Source of the DNA: Candidatus Undinarchaeota archaeon
GTDB taxonomy: Archaea > SpSt-1190
NCBI GenBank assembly: GCA_964449215.1
Contig: CAYVAH010000009.1
Location: forward strand, 1 to 22,977
DNA length: 22,977 nucleotides
Direction: 5' to 3'
The notes under the pieces were generated by a model. The model searched no databases. It was not told where the DNA came from and saw only the letters and a program-made list of their open reading frames with translations. Made by a program: the position numbers and the translations under genes. Below are positions 1 to 7,613 of the stretch, piece after piece (within the stretch, counting starts at the first letter, position 1; the number at the start of each line of letters is the position of its first letter).

Positions 1-40
1 GGGAAACCAGGATGGTTGTCGGGGCATCTTCCCCCAAATC

Positions 41-46
41 AAAAAA
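41..46 (-). terminator. Possible oligo-T terminator of rpoH
   Basis: T6 run on the minus strand ~28 nt after the rpoH stop codon; archaeal intrinsic terminators are oligo-T tracts. Confidence 0.3.
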
Positions 47-73
47 TTATGGAAGCCAACGAAGTGCTGGTTG

Positions 74-484
74 TCAGGAGCCACTGCGCACAACAACGCG
101 GTAGTATGTGGTGCTCCCTGCTGTCGGGGACTTGCGCTTTATTTCGAGAACATCCCCGGGCCTTGCACCCAGAAGCATAACTATCGGGTCCTTGTCAAGA
201 ATTTTTGGGAGCTGCCACTTCTTGATTCCATATTTCTTGAGCAGTTCCGAGACCTCCTCCTCACCCATCACGCGGTGCTCCGGGACAAGGTCGTGCTCCA
301 TAATTTTTTTCCCTATGCCCATGAACTCCATGACATAAACCCGAAGTGTCTCCTCCGGGACATTCTCCACCAGGCGCTTGACAAGGTCTGTTTTCTTCCC
401 GCTCTTCCGAAGTCCTTCCTCGCCACAAATCCGGGCGAGCTCCCTGTAGCGCACCTTATTGAGCATCCGGGCAAGGTCTCTCAT
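74..484 (-). CDS. rpoH: DNA-directed RNA polymerase subunit Rpo5 (RpoH/subunit H) with N-terminal SAP-like domain
   Basis: The C-terminal ~78 aa match the Rpo5/RPB5-C pattern ([10 protein letters not shown]...LLKKYGI...[10 protein letters not shown]...[18 protein letters not shown]...YYRVV). Residues 8-38 ([31 protein letters not shown]) fit the SAP consensus. A TATA box ends 21 nt upstream of ATG 484. Confidence 0.95.
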   Translation of the reverse strand: MRDLARMLNKVRYRELARICGEEGLRKSGKKTDLVKRLVENVPEETLRVYVMEFMGIGKKIMEHDLVPEHRVMGEEEVSELLKKYGIKKWQLPKILDKDPIVMLLGARPGDVLEIKRKSPTAGSTTYYRVVVRSGS

Positions 485-504
485 ATGACAGCTCGGCGGG
501 AGTG

Positions 505-512
505 TTTATAAA
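505..512. promoter_or_regulatory. Palindromic TATA box (TTTATAAA) between divergent rpoH and proS
   Basis: Perfect palindrome. It ends 21 nt before the rpoH ATG, with a purine-rich BRE-like GAAAA immediately upstream on the minus strand, and 30 nt before the proS ATG, which has an SD-like AGGTG at 532-536. Confidence 0.7.
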
Positions 513-541
513 TTTTCACGTGAGCCATTGCAGGTGTATCC

Positions 542-1984
542 ATGAGCGAGGACTTGGGCATCACGGTGAAAAAAGTCGAGAACCCGGCAGAATGGTACCA
601 GCAGGTCGTCCTGAAAGCAGGATTTGCCGACTATTCCCCGGTTAAGGGGTGTATTGTGATCCGGGAATGGGGGTATGGCATATGGGAGCGTATCCAGGAA
701 TACTGGGACGCGAAGATGAAATCGCATGGAGTAAAAAACTATTATTTTCCCCTTTTCATTTCGGAGGGGCTTCTGAAGAAAGAGGCGGAGCATTTTGAGG
801 GCTTCGTTCCCGAGGTGGCATGGGTCACCATGGCAGGAGACAAGGAGCTTGAAGAAAGGCTCGCAATAAGGCCAACCAGTGAAACAGTCATGTATGCCAT
901 GTTTAGCAAGTGGGTCCAGAGCTACAGGGATCTGCCACTGCGGGTCAACCAGTGGTGCAATGTCGTCCGCTGGGAAACCAAGATGACAAAACCGTTCTTG
1001 CGGAGCAGGGAATTTCTATGGCATGAAGCACACACGGTGCATGCTACGGAGGAGGAAACCGCAGAGGAAGCAAGATGGGCAATTGAGGAATACGCCAAGC
1101 TGGCAGAGCAGCTCCTTGCAATACCCGTGATTGTCGGGAAGAAAACGGAGTCGGATAAGTTCGCCGGGGCCGACACCACATTTGCCATAGAAGCCCTTAT
1201 GCCTGATGGCAAAGCCCTGCAGATGGGAACCTCACACATGCTGGGACAGAACTTTTCCAGACCCTACGGCGTAAAATTCCTGGGGCTGGACGAGAAATGG
1301 CACCATGCCTGGCAGACCAGCTGGGGCACTTCCACAAGAATGATTGGCGGGTTGTTGTTGATGCACGGCGATGACAAGGGAGCCGTCCTTCCCCCTGAGG
1401 TAGCGCCCATTCAGGTGGTAATAGTTCCAATAATATTCAAAGGCAAAGAAAAGGCCGTGGTAAAGCTCTGCCGGGAACTCGAGAAGGAGCTGAAAGAAGC
1501 GGGGATCCGTGCCCACTTCGATGGCAGGGAGGGCTATACGGCGGGCTGGAAATTCAACCACTGGGAGCTGAAGGGGGTGCCTCTCCGGATTGAGATTGGT
1601 CCACGAGACCTGGAGAAGGGAGAAGTCGTGCTGGTGAGACGGGACACGGGAAAAAAGGACACGGCAAAACTCAAAGGGCTGACAGGGCTGGTGAAGAAAA
1701 AACTCAAAGAAATACAGGAGGCACTGCTCACCAGGGCAAGGAAACACCTCAAAGAGAATACCGTTAATGTGGAAACCCTCGGAGAACTGAAAAATGCCAT
1801 CGAGTCCGGAAAATGGGCAGTGATTCCTCACTGCGGAGAATCACAGTGTGAGGAGACACTGGCAGAAAGGGTTGAGGGCGGCCCCAGGGTGATTGCCTTC
1901 GAGCAACCCCCGTTGAAGAACAAGAAATGCGTGGGCTGCGGGAAAAAAGCAAGCTACTGGGTCTATTGGGGCAGGTCCTACTGA
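542..1984 (+). CDS. proS: Prolyl-tRNA synthetase, archaeal/eukaryotic type
   Basis: RPTSET, QWCNVVRWE, FLRSREFLWHEAHT, GTSHMLGQNFS and QTSWGTSTR motifs; anticodon domain GWKFNHWELKGVPLRIEIGPRD; C-terminal Cys cluster ending GRSY. Confidence 0.99.
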   Translation: MSEDLGITVKKVENPAEWYQQVVLKAGFADYSPVKGCIVIREWGYGIWERIQEYWDAKMKSHGVKNYYFPLFISEGLLKKEAEHFEGFVPEVAWVTMAGDKELEERLAIRPTSETVMYAMFSKWVQSYRDLPLRVNQWCNVVRWETKMTKPFLRSREFLWHEAHTVHATEEETAEEARWAIEEYAKLAEQLLAIPVIVGKKTESDKFAGADTTFAIEALMPDGKALQMGTSHMLGQNFSRPYGVKFLGLDEKWHHAWQTSWGTSTRMIGGLLLMHGDDKGAVLPPEVAPIQVVIVPIIFKGKEKAVVKLCRELEKELKEAGIRAHFDGREGYTAGWKFNHWELKGVPLRIEIGPRDLEKGEVVLVRRDTGKKDTAKLKGLTGLVKKKLKEIQEALLTRARKHLKENTVNVETLGELKNAIESGKWAVIPHCGESQCEETLAERVEGGPRVIAFEQPPLKNKKCVGCGKKASYWVYWGRSY

Positions 1985-2292
1985 ACCTCAAGCTCGGCCG
2001 CGGTTATAACCAGCCACTTGCGATCAATTCCATAGAGCCTCATCTTCCTGGCCTTGCAGAGGGACTGGAGGCGGTTCACAAAGGACTTCCGCTCCGTTCC
2101 CATAAGCAGGGAAGAAACATCTATGAACGCCACCCGGGAATTTCCAAGCCTTTTCTTCAGCTTGTTTATGTCCTCGGGCTCCCTGGCACGAAAAATAAGC
2201 ACCGAACTGAGTTTTTTTGGGGAGGGGCCACCAATGGAAGGCATAAAGATTTTTTCCCCGCCGAACATCCTGCCAAAAAGCTTTCTCAGCAT
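1978..2292 (-). CDS. sepF: Cell division protein SepF (archaeal type, divergent)
   Basis: N-terminal amphipathic helix MLRKLFGRMFGG, then a SepF-like core (VLIF...EDINKLKKRLGNSRVAFIDVSSL...FVNRLQSLC...LYGIDRKWLVIT); TATA-like TTTTAAA ends 21 nt upstream. Confidence 0.75.
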   Translation of the reverse strand: MLRKLFGRMFGGEKIFMPSIGGPSPKKLSSVLIFRAREPEDINKLKKRLGNSRVAFIDVSSLLMGTERKSFVNRLQSLCKARKMRLYGIDRKWLVITAAELEVQ

Positions 2293-2302
2293 GAAAGAAA
2301 AG

Positions 2303-2319
2303 GATAAAATAGTTTAAAA
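2303..2319. promoter_or_regulatory. Back-to-back TATA-like boxes for sepF (TTTTAAA, minus, 2319-2313) and the 100-aa ORF (GATAAAAT, plus, 2303-2310)
   Basis: AT-rich 40-bp gap between divergent genes; the boxes end 21 and 23 nt from the respective start codons. Confidence 0.5.
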
Positions 2320-2332
2320 TACTTAGTAGTTC

Positions 2333-2635
2333 GTGAAAAGACTGGAAGCGAGGAGAGCCGTGCAGGATTTTTTCTGGGAGAAGAGGGAAGCCCTCGACAG
2401 GGTGCCGGACAAGCAAATCAGGAAGCTGTTCCTGGCGGAAATGAACAGTATCGCGAGAGACCTTGAGGTGAAGGCAATGGCCCTGGCGGAACGCGGGGAG
2501 GACTGGAAGGGGGTCCTCGAGGAAGCCAGGCAGGAGTTCGAGAAGCTCAAGCAGGAATACCTAAAGAGGCTTGGCGGGAAGGACCCGGTGGATGCCCCAA
2601 ATCTGGAAACGGTCAGAGCAATCGAAAGCCTATAG
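2333..2635 (+). CDS. Hypothetical helical/coiled-coil protein (100 aa, GTG start)
   Basis: Fills the gap between sepF and the wecB-like gene; E/K/R-rich helical composition and codon style like neighbouring genes. Confidence 0.75.
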   Translation: MKRLEARRAVQDFFWEKREALDRVPDKQIRKLFLAEMNSIARDLEVKAMALAERGEDWKGVLEEARQEFEKLKQEYLKRLGGKDPVDAPNLETVRAIESL

Positions 2636-2637
2636 CA

Positions 2638-2644
2638 TTAAAAA
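2638..2644 (+). promoter_or_regulatory. TATA-like box for wecB-like gene
   Basis: TTAAAAA ends 21 nt before GTG 2665. Confidence 0.55.
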
Positions 2645-2664
2645 CCGCCCCGGAGTGGAAGAAT

Positions 2665-4002
2665 GTGGACATCAGGGTTAATGAAGAGATTCTCGGAAAG
2701 CTTGAGGGGGAAGAGCTGGTCGTGGCTGTTGTGACCGCCACGAAGCCGGACTTCTACAAGCAGTGGAGCCTGATACCCGCATGTGAAAAGCTCGGGGTCC
2801 CCGTCATGGTCATACACACGGGGCAGCACCACGACGAGCTGTTGAGCTATGGCCTCGAGGAGTTCAACATCAGCGAGCATGTGGCATTCGACCTCCAGGT
2901 GAGGGGGGACATGCTGCAGAAGGCCCACGAGATGGTGGCGAGAGCAGGATTCGTGGCAAGGCTCCTGAAAAAGCGCTTCCCCAAAACAACCTTTGTTCCC
3001 GTGGTTCATGGGGACACACAGAGTGCCGGTATATTTCCCATAGGCTGGATGCTCGGAGTGGCACGGAAGGTGGCGCAGAATGAAGCGGGGCTCAGGGGGA
3101 TGTCACCGGAATTCGACAAGGACCCCGGAAAGTTCGTGGAAAAACAGTGGGGAGGGGAGTGGAAGCTCGCGAGGCAGGAACCCTTCCCGGAACAGTGGGA
3201 TACCTTTGTGGCCGGTGCTTCCTCGGAAATACATTTCGCCCCCCTGAAAATAAACAAGCAGAACCTCATCAGGGAGGGTTATCCTGAGGACCGGATTTTC
3301 GTCGTGGGGAACAGCATAGTCGATGCCATGAGATACACCAGGCGCTGTCGCCCCGAGACCTCCGTGTTCGACCTTTACCCGAAGCTGGAGGAACAGGAAG
3401 GGTGGATACGCGTGGATGTCCATCGCAGAGCGAACCTCTCGGAGAGCAGGTTCAGGGCGGTTTTCAGCGGGATAAAGAGCCTCGTCCGGGAGGACTACCC
3501 CCTGGTCTGGGTGGAGTTACCCGGGACCAAGTTCGCACTTGAGGAATATGGGCTGAGGGAAAAGCTCATACAGATGGACCAGGACTATGACAACTTTGTT
3601 TTCACACCACTCTGGAAAAGCTACGCTCACGTGATGGAGTTCCTCCGTTCCGGGAGATGTATAGCAGAGCTGACCGACTCGGGAAGCATGCAGGAGGAGC
3701 TGAACCAGCTCGGGATACCCTGCTTCACCCTAAGATTCAACACGGACCGACCGGAAACCGTGAAGGCGCACTCCAACCTCCTTGTCCCCCCCTACCCGGG
3801 CATGGTCGATGGCATGCTCCGGCTGGTACTCGACAGGGACGACCTGATAGAAGAGATGTCAACCGCCCGCAAGCTCTACGGGGAGAACGTAGGATTGAAG
3901 ATTATCCAGAAGATAAAGAAACTCCACGAGGAGGGGCTGAGCATGATGAGAACTGTGCCGGAGGTCGCGGGCCTGTCAAAGGACCGGATAAACTTCCTGT
4001 AA
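2665..4002 (+). CDS. wecB: UDP-N-acetylglucosamine 2-epimerase family protein (WecB-like, divergent)
   Basis: Motifs ATKPDFYK (cf. GTRPEAIK), HTGQH, VHGDT, EAGLR, PFPEQ, HFAP, VGNSIVDA, HRRAN, TDSGSMQEE and LRFNTDRPE, in the canonical order. Confidence 0.9.
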   Translation: MDIRVNEEILGKLEGEELVVAVVTATKPDFYKQWSLIPACEKLGVPVMVIHTGQHHDELLSYGLEEFNISEHVAFDLQVRGDMLQKAHEMVARAGFVARLLKKRFPKTTFVPVVHGDTQSAGIFPIGWMLGVARKVAQNEAGLRGMSPEFDKDPGKFVEKQWGGEWKLARQEPFPEQWDTFVAGASSEIHFAPLKINKQNLIREGYPEDRIFVVGNSIVDAMRYTRRCRPETSVFDLYPKLEEQEGWIRVDVHRRANLSESRFRAVFSGIKSLVREDYPLVWVELPGTKFALEEYGLREKLIQMDQDYDNFVFTPLWKSYAHVMEFLRSGRCIAELTDSGSMQEELNQLGIPCFTLRFNTDRPETVKAHSNLLVPPYPGMVDGMLRLVLDRDDLIEEMSTARKLYGENVGLKIIQKIKKLHEEGLSMMRTVPEVAGLSKDRINFL

Positions 4003-4005
4003 CGC

Positions 4006-4012
4006 ATAAATA
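4006..4012 (+). promoter_or_regulatory. TATA-like box for 284-aa membrane protein
   Basis: ATAAATA ends 21 nt before GTG 4033. Confidence 0.5.
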
Positions 4013-4032
4013 CACGCCCCGGAAAGAGTTCT

Positions 4033-4887
4033 GTGACCAAGGGAAGGGAGGTGGTCGCAAGCCTCCTCCTCATAGTTGCTTTTTTCATTCTGCAGTTCAA
4101 CCCCGTTTCCCTGTCCTTCAGCACCACCACCGTAATTGGATTGCTCCTGGTCGGCATCTTCGGGGCACTTGTCACCGTGGGAGGGATGATAGAACTCCCC
4201 TGGTATTACACCCTCCCCGTGGCAGCTCTGTCAGTTGTGGACATAACGGCCCTCGGGCTTTTCCTCTTCGCCCTTTTCGGGAGCAAGGCCGCCGACCGCG
4301 AAGAGGAGAACATGATAGCTCCCAGCGTGATGAGAATATGCAGTGCGGCATTCGCCGGCTACAGCTTCTTCGTCCTGGCAGCCGTCGCGTCAGCCTACCC
4401 CCTCATAGACTTTCACATCCCGGCCGCTGTGTCAGGGTATGCCGTCCAGCTTCTCGTCCCTTCAATAGGATGTGAACTCGACTACACGGGACAGGAGTGC
4501 GTGGAAAGCCTGGTGAGCTCCACAATAGACAGGCAATGCAAGGGAGACCCGAACTGCATCCGGCTTTTGAATGAGAACAGGGACACAATGGAAGAAAACA
4601 CACTGAAAGAACTGCAGGGAAGCTTCCCGGGGTTCGACACACAAAAGACGGTCAGGGAGATTCTTCAGGAGGCAATGAATATGCAGGTAACACAGATGAT
4701 TGAGCCATACAGGGACCTTTTCAAGTTCCTGATGGCATTCGTGATTTTCACCGCCTTCCAGGTGCTGGCAAGCCCGATGATCCTCGTCTCAACTGCAATA
4801 AGCAAGCTCACCCTCTGGCTCATGGAAAGAGCAAACCTGCTCACGAAACGGCTCATAAAGGTGGAGAAACTCAGATTCTCAGCCTGA
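4033..4887 (+). CDS. Hypothetical polytopic membrane protein
   Basis: About 4-5 N-terminal hydrophobic segments, a soluble helical region with 4 Cys (C-x7-C...C-x5-C), then a C-terminal hydrophobic helix and basic tail. Confidence 0.8.
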   Translation: MTKGREVVASLLLIVAFFILQFNPVSLSFSTTTVIGLLLVGIFGALVTVGGMIELPWYYTLPVAALSVVDITALGLFLFALFGSKAADREEENMIAPSVMRICSAAFAGYSFFVLAAVASAYPLIDFHIPAAVSGYAVQLLVPSIGCELDYTGQECVESLVSSTIDRQCKGDPNCIRLLNENRDTMEENTLKELQGSFPGFDTQKTVREILQEAMNMQVTQMIEPYRDLFKFLMAFVIFTAFQVLASPMILVSTAISKLTLWLMERANLLTKRLIKVEKLRFSA

Positions 4888-6814
4888 TTTTTCTTTCTTC
4901 AAGTTCGCCCGTCGAAAGGTTCACCCAGACCTGCTTCCGGGAGTCGGAACGGAAAAGCGCGAATGGCACGTATATCAGCTCACGACCTGTTGGCTTCACC
5001 CCCACAAGCTTGAAGAATTTCCGGTCCGGCTCAAAAACGGGTTCCATTATTCTCCCCTCCGGGGGGAGGTGGACTACCTCGCCATGGAATTCGTGGAGCT
5101 TCTCCGGAAAGCGAAGCTTCGGGAAATATCTCTTCGTTTCCCTGCCCCTCACCCTCACAAGACCAAGTCTCACAAGGCGGTTCAGCTGAAGCTTGACAGC
5201 CCGGGCATCGGCGCCGCACCTCTTGGCTATTTCCTCGAGGGTCCCGGAACAGGACATTATGCTCGCCGCCAGGGGTGTGAGGTCAACAAGTCTCTGCAGG
5301 CCCTTGGAACCTTCAATTTCCCCGAGAAGCCCATCAAAAAGGAACTCAACCTCCCCCTCCAGGCCAACACCCCTGACAAGCCAGAAAGGCCAGTAAACCT
5401 TCATCTTCACATTGAATTTTTCCCTCTTGAAAAACAGGAACCTCTTGAGCTGCCTGGAAGCAAGTCTCTCAGCCTCCTCGAGCTCCATAACTGGACGGAC
5501 CACAGGGATATTCCTGCCCTGCTTTTCCTTTTTCTTCTCCTCCCGCGCCTCTTCAATCTCCTCCTCGAGCTCCTCTCTGGAAGGCTCATGTATATCCAGA
5601 ATCGGCGCCCTGTCCACAGCGAGGGTGCTCCTCCCCTCGTGCTGGCTGAGCCTCGGACGGGCTTCAACCAGTGCCACCTTCGTGGTTTCCCTGTCACCCA
5701 CTATGGCCTGACCGACCCTCAGCTTGCGGATGAAGTTCACCCCCCACTCAGGAGGCATCGCGGCTGGCATGCGCTTGCTCACCGCCTTTATATCGTCCGA
5801 AAAAACGAGCTGATGGACAAACATTATGTCCAGCTGGCTGAGGACCTCGCTGTTTATGGCACTTGGCTGCTGTGTGGCAAGAACTATCGAACACCCGGGA
5901 CGCCTCCCTTGCTTCACATATTCAATTATGCTGTCACTCGCCGCGGTCTTCCGGTCCTTGGGCACCATGACGTGGGCCTCATCGATGAAGAGCCAGATCG
6001 GTGGAAAACGGACACTCCCGCCCAGAGCTTCTTTCCTGCTCTCAACCTTCCTGCGGTTGAGCGCCTTCCTGGAGAGGATGCCAACCACGAGGGCTGCCAC
6101 GGGTTCCTCAAGGAACGACACATCAAGCACCGTAACCGTCCCGGGGCGGGCCAGTTGCTCAAGCGGTGTGGCCTTGTCACTGAAGACCCCCCAGAACTTT
6201 GCACTCTCGAACCTGGAAATGACTCCCCGCCTCGTCTGCTTTGAGAAACCCTTGTCCTTGCTCTTCAAACTGGTATCTGTGGAAATAACCCGGATAAGGT
6301 CATCTATAGTGTAGTCCTCACCCGCCTTCTGAATCGCCCCATCTATCAGCAATCCTGCGGGGGAGAATCTCTCCACGCCGAATGAAAACGCCCAGTCGCT
6401 CGCCGTCAGCTCGGAAGGCTTGATTGAAAAAAAGCCATCATAGCTCTGCTTCGGAATATTCCTTGCACCCACAGGTATCAACACCCTGATATTGTCAAAG
6501 CCCCTCGGCTCCAGACCCCAGCCCTTCAGGAGCTCCACTTCCTTTTCCACCCTGTTCTTGCTCTTCATACTCCAGAAAACCCCAATTGGGTCCACAACTA
6601 TGCTCGCCACCGCATCATTCTTCAGCGCCAGCTCCTCGACTATGACCCCCATGGTGTAACTCTTACCGGAACCACGGGCACCGCATATGAACACCACATG
6701 CGGCTTGATTGAATCTATGTAGAACTCCTCCTCACCGGAGCGGCCCACGAAGAGCGCCTTCTCCATGCCATACTTCTTTATCAGGCTCTTGCTCGCACCG
6801 AACACCACTGCCAC
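4871..6814 (-). CDS. HerA/FtsK-superfamily P-loop ATPase (DUF87-like) with C-terminal wHTH-containing module; probable start GTG 6814 (647 aa), not 6949
   Basis: Walker A GARGSGKS, DPIGVFWSMK, Walker B LFIDEAH, arginine-finger/sensor region GRRPGCSIVLATQQPS. wHTH-like TLEEIAKRCGADARAVKLQLNRLVRLGLV. The extension to 6949 overlaps the opposite-strand Nudix gene and looks non-coding. Confidence 0.9.
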   Translation of the reverse strand: MAVVFGASKSLIKKYGMEKALFVGRSGEEEFYIDSIKPHVVFICGARGSGKSYTMGVIVEELALKNDAVASIVVDPIGVFWSMKSKNRVEKEVELLKGWGLEPRGFDNIRVLIPVGARNIPKQSYDGFFSIKPSELTASDWAFSFGVERFSPAGLLIDGAIQKAGEDYTIDDLIRVISTDTSLKSKDKGFSKQTRRGVISRFESAKFWGVFSDKATPLEQLARPGTVTVLDVSFLEEPVAALVVGILSRKALNRRKVESRKEALGGSVRFPPIWLFIDEAHVMVPKDRKTAASDSIIEYVKQGRRPGCSIVLATQQPSAINSEVLSQLDIMFVHQLVFSDDIKAVSKRMPAAMPPEWGVNFIRKLRVGQAIVGDRETTKVALVEARPRLSQHEGRSTLAVDRAPILDIHEPSREELEEEIEEAREEKKKEKQGRNIPVVRPVMELEEAERLASRQLKRFLFFKREKFNVKMKVYWPFWLVRGVGLEGEVEFLFDGLLGEIEGSKGLQRLVDLTPLAASIMSCSGTLEEIAKRCGADARAVKLQLNRLVRLGLVRVRGRETKRYFPKLRFPEKLHEFHGEVVHLPPEGRIMEPVFEPDRKFFKLVGVKPTGRELIYVPFALFRSDSRKQVWVNLSTGELEERKIRLRI

Positions 6815-6885
6815 AAGAAAGAGAGGTGCGGTTAGTAAATATGGATATCGCAGGAAGGATTTTAAACGTGTCTGGAAAGCATTCT

Positions 6886-7581
6886 GTGGATGTCTATGAG
6901 GGAAACAGCATCCGCGTGCTGAAGCTCGGTGTCCGCCACCCACTGGCAAGGGAAGAGCTTGACAGGGTCAATGGTTTTTCAAGTCTGCAGACAGGCGTGC
7001 TGAGGGTGAAAAGAGGCAAGGTGGTGGCGTGCCCGGTGAGATACAAATACTCGAGAGCCGCTGAAGAACGAGGAATCACATTACCCCTCATGAGCGTGAC
7101 AGGCGTGTCCGAGCACGAGGGGCGGCTTCTGGCAGGAATAAGAAGCGGGGATGTGAGGTTCCCGAATGTGATGAGCCCGGCACCGAGTGGCCATGTGGAG
7201 TTCAGCCTCACACCCAGAGAGGCAATAGAACTGGAGCTGCACGAGGAACTGGGGGTTCCGGGAAAGCCAAGGCTCATGGGCGCCCAGTTCACCCCCCTCT
7301 ACTTCTCGCTCATATACCACATAGAACTCGAGAGCGGTGAAGTCAACCCGAGCTGGGAGTGGAGCAACCTCTTCTGGATTCAAAAAGAAAAGCTCGACGA
7401 GTTCCTGAAAAAGAACGGCAAACTCCTCGGCCCCGGCTTCGCCGCCCCCTTCCTCCTTTACCTCCACAGGGAGGGCATTAACCCGGAGCCCATCGCAAGA
7501 AAGAACAGGTGGAACATCCGATTCGGGAAGCTCAAAGAGCTTGAATGGAGCCTCCGTGCTGGCCCGGAAATCCGTTTGTGA
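6886..7581 (+). CDS. Nudix-fold hydrolase (degenerate Nudix box); start GTG 6886 or ATG 6841
   Basis: SGHVEFSLTPREAIELELHEELGV resembles GX5EX7REUXEEXGU, preceded by GRLLAGIRS and followed by SWEWSNLFWI. TTTTAAA at 6860-6866 ends 20 nt before GTG 6886. Confidence 0.8.
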   Translation: MDVYEGNSIRVLKLGVRHPLAREELDRVNGFSSLQTGVLRVKRGKVVACPVRYKYSRAAEERGITLPLMSVTGVSEHEGRLLAGIRSGDVRFPNVMSPAPSGHVEFSLTPREAIELELHEELGVPGKPRLMGAQFTPLYFSLIYHIELESGEVNPSWEWSNLFWIQKEKLDEFLKKNGKLLGPGFAAPFLLYLHREGINPEPIARKNRWNIRFGKLKELEWSLRAGPEIRL

Positions 7582-7586
7582 AAAGG

Positions 7587-7593
7587 TTAAAAT
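7587..7593 (+). promoter_or_regulatory. TATA-like box for argS
   Basis: TTAAAAT, preceded by purine-rich GAAAAGG, ends 21 nt before GTG 7614. Confidence 0.6.
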
Positions 7594-7613
7594 GTCCCGC
7601 ACCTATTAGTGAG

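Noticed and set aside
1..35. Possible tRNA 5' end (GCCCCGA...) on the minus strand or other ncRNA
   Set aside because: No canonical U8-A9/D-arm pattern and the sequence is truncated by the window edge; cannot be supported.
3657..4475. 272-aa alternative-frame ORF across wecB and the membrane gene
   Set aside because: Arg/Pro/Gly-rich off-frame translation of GC-rich coding DNA that overlaps two better-supported genes.
5069..6244. 391-aa plus-strand ORF
   Set aside because: Antisense shadow of the ATPase gene; no recognisable motifs and an atypical His/Leu/Pro-rich composition.
6709..6949. Apparent 240-bp head-to-head overlap of the ATPase and Nudix ORFs
   Set aside because: Artefact of longest-ORF start selection; starts at 6814 (minus) and 6841/6886 (plus) remove the overlap.
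4871..7581. HerA plus Nudix as a known anti-phage system (Sir2-HerA or CBASS-associated)
   Set aside because: No Sir2, nuclease or cyclase gene is present, the genes are divergent rather than operonic, and the context is housekeeping.
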